A DNA stretch of 63,404 nt, counting the filler, from Sluysia triapertura (Eukaryota), in the NCBI GenBank assembly GCA_046118255.1. It is 5 parts of 5 records of this genome, joined end to end, with 100 filler letters (N's around TTAATTAATTAA, not from the genome) between each part and the next. Parts side by side here need not be neighbours in the genome. Positions count along the whole stretch, not along the records: positions 52,302 to 63,404 come from JBJNIA010188809.1; 4 more parts are not named here. One strand, given 5' to 3'. The position numbers and the translations under genes were made by a program. Below, in pieces: positions 55,010 to 63,404 of the stretch. The notes below the pieces were generated by a model. The model was not told where the DNA came from and searched no databases. It saw only the letters and a program-made list of their open reading frames with translations. The number at the start of each line of letters is the position of its first letter. Within the stretch, counting starts at the first letter, position 1.

Positions 55010-56683
55010 GTCATTATTATTTGAATCAACGTTGCTAAATATACATTAAAATCGTCACGAACAAACTTAAGATCTCTGATAAATAACATTACAAAATTAT
55101 CAAAAACGCGTTTTTATTTTATATTGAATGTTACAAAAATGGATAACCAAACATAGTATTTATTAACGACTTTATTATAAAATGATATTAAAATATACGA
55201 ATGTACAATAGTTAAATGCATGCTACATAATTTTAAAAATGACTTTACTTTATCTTCTTCAATTCTTCATGCATAAAACATATATTTTAGGTTGCAACAA
55301 ACATAGTTGTTACTACGATCTCAATGGATTAATAATGCATATATTGTATTGAGCACAGTATTCAAATTACTTGTATTAATACTGTCAACTACGATTATAA
55401 CATAGATTGACATTCATTATGATAGTAACTTTATATAACTTATATCTTAACCTAAATGTTATATGCAGACCCAAATTGATAAATATTATTGGTTATTTCA
55501 AGCAAATTGATGATTATAAATATGAATAACTTATAAATTTGTAACATACTCGTTAGTTCTTTTTTAAATTGTGCATAAGGTACTATTGAAATTTCAAGAA
55601 GCATAATAAATCTTCAACTCGCATTTTTATCAGTTTTTGTAGTTTATAATTAAGGTTACATTATGAATTAATTTGTGATTAATATTCCTTAATTAATTTT
55701 GTAATTGAAACTTTGTTATATCTTCTATCTTCTATATTCATTAAAACCTCTTAAAAGTTTTTATTCGCATCACTCGGCACTGGGAAAATAACTCCCATAA
55801 TAAAATAAATTTTTAAAATTAAATTACAAACCTTGCATATAAAAGGATAATTAATAGATATAAACATAAATATTTACCTCAATGTAATTGAAATAAGGTT
55901 TTCATCATAAAATTTTTATTGTTATTCTCAAAACTTTGTAAACCTTCCAATTCCGTTGATAGATTCTTGATCAATTTCTGCAACATTTATGTTTTTGATG
56001 TAAGAACTTAAACCATTCTTTGAGATTCATCCGACATATCATCAGATTTACTATAATTTTTATTTTTTAACTGACATGCTAATTAAATCTAATTATTTCT
56101 TGGTTTAAAATCGCAAATTCTTGATACACGTTTTATAAAGATTTTACTACTTTATAAGCTTTATTCATTCTCTAGAAAATCTATGCCAACTTCCATAATA
56201 TCTCTAAAATATTGAATATCCATTTACTAATAATACTATCAAACCATGTAATACCTAGCACGATAAATTTCGAAAATTCTTTTAAAAAATTTTTCAACAA
56301 ATTGTGCATTATAATTAATTCTTGAGGAATGTATCATCTAAAGAATAAGTTTTATTAAATATTCCAGTAGGATATAAAGTTTGAGATCCAAATAATAAAA
56401 CATTATCAAAGAAAAAATTTCAAGAATGCTTTCTTGATTGTTGGTAATTCTAATATCTTTAAAAATTGATTCGACATTATTGAGTGGAAAATATGAGCAG
56501 TTAATAAAATGAATTAAACGTTTTTTTACAATAAACAAATGACATAAAAATATAATTAGAAGAAATAATATCTTTAAGTAATTGATTTAATTGATTAAAT
56601 TAGTTGGTCGTGGTTCTTTTTCCATATACTAAATTACTGAATAAAAATTATTTAAAAATAATGTGCCATTTTTCATTAAATTT

Positions 56684-57982
56684 TTATAACAGTTTTATAG
56701 TGGTGGTGTTAGATTTTAAAATTTTCATTATAAATTCATTTAAATTTACTAGCATTATTTTCATTCTTATGTTAGGACAATTTCTTATTATCTGATATTC
56801 TTTACAAATTGTTAATTTATTGTTGTTACGTTCGTGCTTAAGGCACTTCAAATTCTTTATACTAAGCTGTTGAGGGCGATAGAAATAATAAAAAGTTACA
56901 GTAATTTTATTAACATAAAATTTGAATACATCTACAAATGTTTTCATACAAAATAAGGTTTTGTTAAAAGGAAGAACCTTATGTGGATAAGATCTTCTTC
57001 CGTGCAAGTAAACTCCGTTACACTGTTTTCCGTACGTACCACAACAATCCGACCATAATACCACACGATAGACTGCTATTGCTACATCTTCTCCAACATC
57101 ACATAACTCTTTACTCTGATATCTTTTAAAGTTATTCAGTTTATCTAATAATAAAAAGTGAAGTAAACAATGATCAATTGTCGGCAATAATGCGACACGA
57201 TAAGCTACTACTAATACGTCTTTTACAACATTACATAAACCTTTACTATCATATCTTTTATAATTATTCAGTTCATCTAATAATAAAAAGTGAAGCAAAC
57301 AATGATCAAGTGTCGGCGATAATGCGACACGATAAACTACTATTACTAAGTCTCCTCGATTCTGGACATCGTCGATTACACGGACTAATTCTGAAACAGT
57401 TTTAATTCGAAAAATCATGTACAGAAAAACTACACCAGCTGAGTAAATGTCGATTATAAAATTGTATGATGAACTGTTACCACGAGAACTTGCAACTTCA
57501 TGAGCCATGTGGACATCGGTACCAACACCTCTCGACATCTTGCCAAGTGATTGGTTTAAATTGATGCATTCTGTAACCAAACCAAAATCTCCTATTTTCA
57601 ATTTAACTTTTTCAATTACATCGTTATCGTATGAAAAGACAATTCGTTTTGTATTGGAACTCCTTGATTTTTTAAATTTATCATCGAAACATCGAACTGG
57701 TTTAAATTGATCCATGTTGTAACGAGTTAATTTCTTATTTTCTGAAACCGTAAGTTGATTCATTTCAGTCAAATTGTTAACAGAAGAATGATTAAATTCA
57801 TGATTTTGAGACTGTGTCTTGGAAATTAAATTTGGATTTCTTGTTGCTAATGAAATGGTACCAACTTTAACACTTCCAGAATTAGTATTAATTTCATTTG
57901 TAAATTCCATGAATTTCGAATAACGTTCAACACAAAAATGATCACAAAAGTTGACGGATAACAAGCGATTAAAAATTTTCAA
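56684..57982 (-). CDS. Pseudokinase: eIF2-alpha-kinase-like C-lobe, 44-aa tandem repeats and a Polo-box-like segment
   Basis: KIGDFGLVT, GVGT..MAHE, YN..IDIYSAGVVFLYM and TVSEL motifs; no Gly-loop, VAIK or HRD; 132-bp internal duplication. Confidence 0.7.
   Translation of the reverse strand: MKIFNRLLSVNFCDHFCVERYSKFMEFTNEINTNSGSVKVGTISLATRNPNLISKTQSQNHEFNHSSVNNLTEMNQLTVSENKKLTRYNMDQFKPVRCFDDKFKKSRSSNTKRIVFSYDNDVIEKVKLKIGDFGLVTECINLNQSLGKMSRGVGTDVHMAHEVASSRGNSSSYNFIIDIYSAGVVFLYMIFRIKTVSELVRVIDDVQNRGDLVIVVYRVALSPTLDHCLLHFLLLDELNNYKRYDSKGLCNVVKDVLVVAYRVALLPTIDHCLLHFLLLDKLNNFKRYQSKELCDVGEDVAIAVYRVVLWSDCCGTYGKQCNGVYLHGRRSYPHKVLPFNKTLFCMKTFVDVFKFYVNKITVTFYYFYRPQQLSIKNLKCLKHERNNNKLTICKEYQIIRNCPNIRMKIMLVNLNEFIMKILKSNTTTIKLL
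57040..57352 (-). repeat. 132-bp in-frame tandem repeat (~2.3 copies)
   Basis: YRVAL.PT.DHCLLHFLLLD.LNN.KRY repeated. Confidence 0.9.
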
Positions 57983-57999
57983 TTTGAAAACTCAAAGTC

Positions 58000-58311
58000 A
58001 GGTGAATTGATATCGAGGAATGAATTTTTAAAATTTTTTGTTATTGAAACAAATTGAAAATAATAATAAAAATAATAAAGTAATAAAAATTAATAATAGT
58101 AAAATAAAATAATAATAAAATAAAATAATAATAAAATAAAATAATAATAATAATAAAATCAATAATAGGCGTTTATGATTTGTCGGGGATAAAGTATGAT
58201 AATGCAGATATTGCAGATGTGTTTTATTTCGATGTAATTTTTATTTGTGATGAGGTTTATGTGGTTGATGGTGAATGAGATGTATGTTATATATTGAAGC
58301 GTGACACCACA
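58000..58311 (-). mobile_element. Family B-related arm
   Basis: Ends GCGTGACACCACA (reverse complement TGTGGTGTCACGC); skewed arm shares TTATCATA(A)CTTT(T)ATC with the 48773 arm; AAT/AAAAT tract precedes the kinase ORF. Confidence 0.55.
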
Positions 58312-59199
58312 TTAACATTGGAATTGAACGTATACATAATTAAACTGTTAAACTTCTACTTAACTTTTTAAATTAAACATGTTTTTGAATAAATTAAATT
58401 TCAAAATTTTTTATTAGTATTTTTATATTACAATTATAAAACTATAGCTTATTCATTTGTACTATTTGTTATTAATAATTTATCGAAAATCCAATTATAA
58501 TCAATAATATTATTTTATAGCTAATTCAAATCAATATTAAATGATCTTCAATTAATAATTGTTTTCTTTTCCAGAATAATAAGCTGGTATTTATAATATG
58601 CTTTTATTAAATGTTACTGTTCTTACACACTATTGTTCGCTGATATTATTCTGTGTCCTGTAATTTTTTCAATACCATTCTATAATAATTTCTATAATAA
58701 ATTCTAGAGTAGTAATAATAATTAAATGTGCTCACAATAGTTTTGTAATTTGTGGTCGATTTTATTTTATGTTATTGCTCTGATCTTATAATCCATTTAC
58801 ATTCGCTTTGATTTGCTAACTGATGTTTATTTTCTATTTATATTATACCAGCGACAGATACTTTTGTGGATCAATCTGTGGATTTTATTGTGTTGAATTA
58901 AGGTGATTTAATTTATTGTACACAAAAATTATTAAATTGAAAGCATTTGTTATTAAAATATGAACTTGAAAATTACGATTAAGTTTCATTGTTATCTTCA
59001 TGAAATAATAAATTTTAGACTTGTTACAATAAAATAATAAGTGATACAAAAAAATAATTTTATTTATACTAATTAAACTAAAAGTTTTTGAATTGATACT
59101 GATTATCTCCTGAATAGGTCTTTTACTTCGTAGTACACATTTCACTAAATAAATAAAAGGATAGAGTTAATATTTTAAAAATATTTTAAATTTACTTTT

Positions 59200-60310
59200 A
59201 TGTTATCTGGTACCACCCAATCGAAATGTAGATTTGTGTAATTGCTTGTGGACACTTCGAGCTCTTTTATGACGGGATATTGTATTGAAGAAGAAGTTAT
59301 CTATTCTGTTTAGATGTATGATGACAAGTGTTGAGTTACTTCCGAGCTCTTCAAGCTCATCAGCGGAATGGTTATATTTGCATCTTGCAACATATCGTGA
59401 ACATTCTCCAGTTTGTATGGTTATATAGCGCCGTCTTATAATGTTTATTGAAAACTGCTAAATTGTACAACTTTGTGCTTAGAGGTCTATTACTAACATA
59501 GAGTGACTTTGAATGACTAAATTCTGAATTCTTGTTTAGAGTTTTGGATCGTGAAGCATGGGTTTTACTTGTCATGACGAATAAATCAATATCTATTATT
59601 AAGTATGATGATAGTAATAGATTAATAAGCATCAATATAATTTGATTCTCATTATTCGTTATAAATCTGTCACAATTTTCATAACGCTGTATTAATTTAT
59701 ACTTGATCATATAAGATTCATTCAATGTCGAATTCATTTTTACATGAAAGATATAAGTCGATATAAACTTTTAAAGCTAAAGTTTTGTTCGGGTATGAAA
59801 TTGACACATACTTCATCCTCTTTATCATTTGAAGAATTTTTATTAATCGCCAACGCTGTGCGAAACCCATATGTTTCGTATGATTAATTGTTTAACATCT
59901 TAAGACATAAGAATACATCAACTCCAAACTTTGATTCATTATATTTTATTAACTTGTATAGCTAAATTGTAAGTTATCCTCTATGTGAGAGTCGGACACA
60001 TTAACTCCGCTGACATATTTGAATGGCACATATAATGACGAATTCTCGGGCAAACTAAACCTATTTTTTAAGGCTTCATTTTTACGAACAATAAAAGCAT
60101 CTTTTGGTTGAACGAAATCTCAATTTGAATAATTGATCTTAAACATTTTGATAAGTAACATGAACTTGATCTTAATTTTATGTAGTTATAAGAGAATAAA
60201 CTTTCTTTTGGATTATATAGAGATCTGTACCAGTTTGGACAAAGTGTCAGATCATCACTATTTATCGCAACAAAATCGTACGATATATCATCTTCTATTT
60301 TCAACATCAC
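59200..60310 (-). pseudogene. Degenerate orphan gene inward of arm 61587
   Basis: ORFs 60068-60310 and 59372-59737 on the same strand, with disrupted coding-like sequence between. Confidence 0.4.
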
Positions 60311-60319
60311 TTAACAAAT

Positions 60320-61587
60320 TTATTAATTTCTGTTTTTTCTATAAGAAGTTATTATAAATGAATTTTTTTGTAATTGATATACTAAATTAATTTAATTTGA
60401 TTTACCTAGTCACCTTTCAAATTCTAAATTGTCTTTTTTGACTATGATTACTTTTATCTTCAATATAAAATTAAATTTTTTACCAAAGAGTTAACTATTT
60501 ATGAATAGTTAAATATTTATGAATCGTAAAATTAATTTGTTTTGCACAAACCGTCTATAATAATGTGATACATTAAAATCTAATGAAAATGTTTATAAAA
60601 CGAATAAGCAAAATTGATTGGATGACAAAAATAAACAGTAATTTTTCTTTCGCATACCGTACTGTAAAATAAATAATGAGGATTAAGTCTGTCAAATTTG
60701 GTGTCCAATTAGATGAAGAGAGACATTTAATTGGACGTCCAATCAATTGAAGTAATCGACGCATAGTAACTATCACCAGTTGACAGTTTGATACAATATA
60801 ATAATTTAGTTTAATGCATTGTCAACTAGAGAAGATCAGCTAATTACATTACTCAGTAAAAAGATAATAATGTATAATAACAATAATAGTAATGAATAAT
60901 AATTAATAATAATAATTTAAATAAAAACATAAGTATTTTCTTAATACGCGATCTTTCTGTTATTGAAACTTTTATTGATATAAATAAATTTATTTAGTTT
61001 AAATATAAATGAATAAAATGTTTTAAGTAAAATTTAACGTTCATGAATGGTTTTGAATGGTATATTTGCTGTTGGCGTTTTGAAATGTGACTAGTTTTAG
61101 TTGATCTGACAAAAATGAAATATATCAACGGTTTTGATACATTCTCCAAGGTAGTTATACATTGTTAACATTGATTGTACTGTTATGGAACTATGAGTAA
61201 AATGTTTTTGATGAATTTTTTAAATGTCTGTTATAAATCTGTAAGTGAATGTGATCTTCATGTTATTAGGTTATAAAATAGGAATGTTTTGAAAAGGTTA
61301 GAATAAGGTTTTAGTGGAAGTAGAGAAAATAAAATATGAAACAGTTTAGATGTAAGAATAGTTAAAATGTAATGGGATGTGATTTTATGTGAAGTGTGTT
61401 GAATTAAGTTTGTAATATTTTGAATTATCTTTTAAGTAAATCTTTGATGATTTTAGGTATTGAATGTGAATTTGATGTTATGAAATTTTATGTTTAGAAG
61501 TATTAAGAATTATGAAATGTTTCGAATAGTGATTGTGTTGTGTTATGATAAAATAAAATTTGTAAAAGTAATAGGTTGGCCATCACA
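60320..61587 (-). mobile_element. Family A arm
   Basis: Ends GGTTGGCCATCACA; reverse complement AACATCAAATTCACATTCAATA...AAAATCATCAAA shared with 16767-16803; AATTGGACGTCCAAT at ~60729. Confidence 0.8.
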
Positions 61588-61760
61588 AATTGTCATACAA
61601 TTTGACATCCACGTTTTCCTCTTATTTTATATAAAAATGATTTTATATTCAAATTTTGAAAAACGCTATTCTCATTTTGTAAACAAATATGAATTAATTT
61701 ATTCATAAATATTTCAAGATTACAGAATTATGATTAAGTTTGAAAATTATGTTATTTCAG

Positions 61761-62123
61761 CAATTCCAAAAAGAATCCCAGAATCAGATTTAGACCTTCC
61801 GCATTACTTATATTCAGAACGTCCTTCAGTCGGTCCAAATTTACGACAAGCTCAGATTGAAGATCCTGTTCGTTTTAAAGTTAAAACTACTAGTATAATC
61901 GGTGGACCAAGACTAGGTCAAACATTTCTACGACAAACTCGTGGCTTAAATGTTTTACCGGCTCGTGTTGATGCTGGGTTGATCCGTGAAGGTCGTCAGG
62001 TTATTTGCAAATTTCGATTGATTAATACCGGCCCAGAACCATGTCGGTTCAGTGTCATACAACCTCGACGAAATAACGTTAATTGGCTATGGATAGAATA
62101 CATTCCTGGTGTGATACCTGCTG
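61761..62123 (+). CDS. SPAG17: SPAG17/PF6 C-terminal (ASH/PapD-like domain) exon
   Basis: RGLNVLPARVDAGLIREG..FRLINTGPEPCRFSVIQP..EYIPGVIPAG pattern; tttcag acceptor and G|GTAAGT donor. Confidence 0.7.
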
Positions 62124-63299
62124 GTAAGTTTAACATAAATATAAATATAGTGACCGAAGAAAGTTTAGTATAATTTTTACTTATATTATCAATGTTATCA
62201 TTACAGCTTCTACGCGAAAAAGCATCGTAAACAATAACTAATTTATAATGTTAATAATCTGCAACCTAGGAAAAATATTATGCGTTATTAAGCTCATGAG
62301 TGTACATAGGTTTATTTTTCAAAGTAATGACCATCATATTTTTGCCAACTGCGTTCTAAATCCAAAAATGTCTTCAAATCGTCTATATCGGTGGTGGGAA
62401 ACCTAGACTAATAACAGAGCCAAGTATGTCGTATTAAATTTTTCCAAGAACCACAAGTAAATCTTTTATCAAATATTAATAGAACGTACAAAATATTTAA
62501 ATAATAAAATAATTATATATATTCAAATTACAAAAATTTGCAATTTATAGAAAATTAGTTTATTTTCGAAATTTGAATTTCTCGATAGAAAAAATAATAT
62601 ATTGGGTCACAAAATGTTATGATAAGAGCCATGGTCATTGTAGGTCATTGTAATTGAAATGCTGACCACCTGCACAAATCATTCTTCATTTGTGGAAAAG
62701 ACGAAAATAGTATTTGGCTAAATTAGAATTATATTGTGATATTTTATTAAAATAAGTCGCCATTTTTGAAACAAGGAACAAACCTTGAGCAAATCTTTCA
62801 ATCGCCAATTTCATTCATTACTTTGTTTGCCCAGCCTTTTGAAAGTTAACTTATAAATGTTTTTCGATTTTCCTATTACAGATTTTTTATCAACTGTTTT
62901 TCTCTACTTGAAATTTCAAGAGTACAAACATCCAATCTGTTTCTTTTATATTCACGTATCCTATTTTATATTATTTTATCTCAATGCATTTATTTTAACT
63001 GTTGAATTATCGCTTTATTTTTTCTTTAAAGAATTTTATGACAAATCAACTATTATTTGCTTTATAATTCAAAAATGGCTATTGCAAAAGAAAATATCAT
63101 TTGATTGATTCAAGCACAATTATTTTTTATCTATATATGTTAAAATAACTTTGTACTAAATTTAAAGAACATATTTTTTATTTGTATGTAAAAATTTATT
63201 TGAATTTAATACGACAATAATTTTTATCATATTGTTTGTATGTTTTATGTTTTTATTTGATTGAATAATCCATTTTCTTTTTTTACTTATTATTTTTAT

Positions 63300-63338
63300 C
63301 ATTATTGTTATTCTTATTACCATTATAATTACTATTAC

Positions 63339-63404
<66 letters not shown>
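63300..63404. repeat. (TAT)n microsatellite
   Basis: Trinucleotide run to the end of the window. Confidence 0.95.

Noticed and set aside
62700-62840. Possible THAP-like motif on the minus strand (W...KICSRF..CF)
   Set aside because: Lacks the conserved His and the N-terminal cysteines, and contains a stop

Overview
Very AT-rich eukaryotic (animal-like; GT-AG introns, some only ~35-75 nt) DNA. It is built from five contigs joined by artificial 100-bp N/TTAATTAATTAA/N linkers, so adjacency across the linkers is not biological. Recognisable host-type exons are MAU2, SPAG17, an STK33-like kinase and a PKC-epsilon C2 domain. There are also degenerate copies of PKA RI and kinesin light chain, plus gypsy gag, LINE and NeSL-like remnants. 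The main unexplained structure is a set of about ten element ends starting TGT(A/G)(A/G): family A consensus TGTRRTGRCCAAC x7, family B TGTAGGGAA/TGTGGTGTC x3. Each end is followed inward by a C/A-rich strand-skewed arm and a low-complexity tract. Family A adds palindromic TCA..TGA and ATTGG..CCAAT motifs. In every case a different orphan or host-derived gene then reads inward. One pair (16724-21587) encloses convergent orphan genes. No transposase was recognised. A second striking element is a ~155-bp TGTT...AACA unit with 4-bp target-site duplications that carries a tRNA-Ala-like Pol III cassette (4 copies); one copy is interrupted by a NeSL/Utopia-type retrotransposon tail. Protein family calls are by-eye motif recognition, not database searches.
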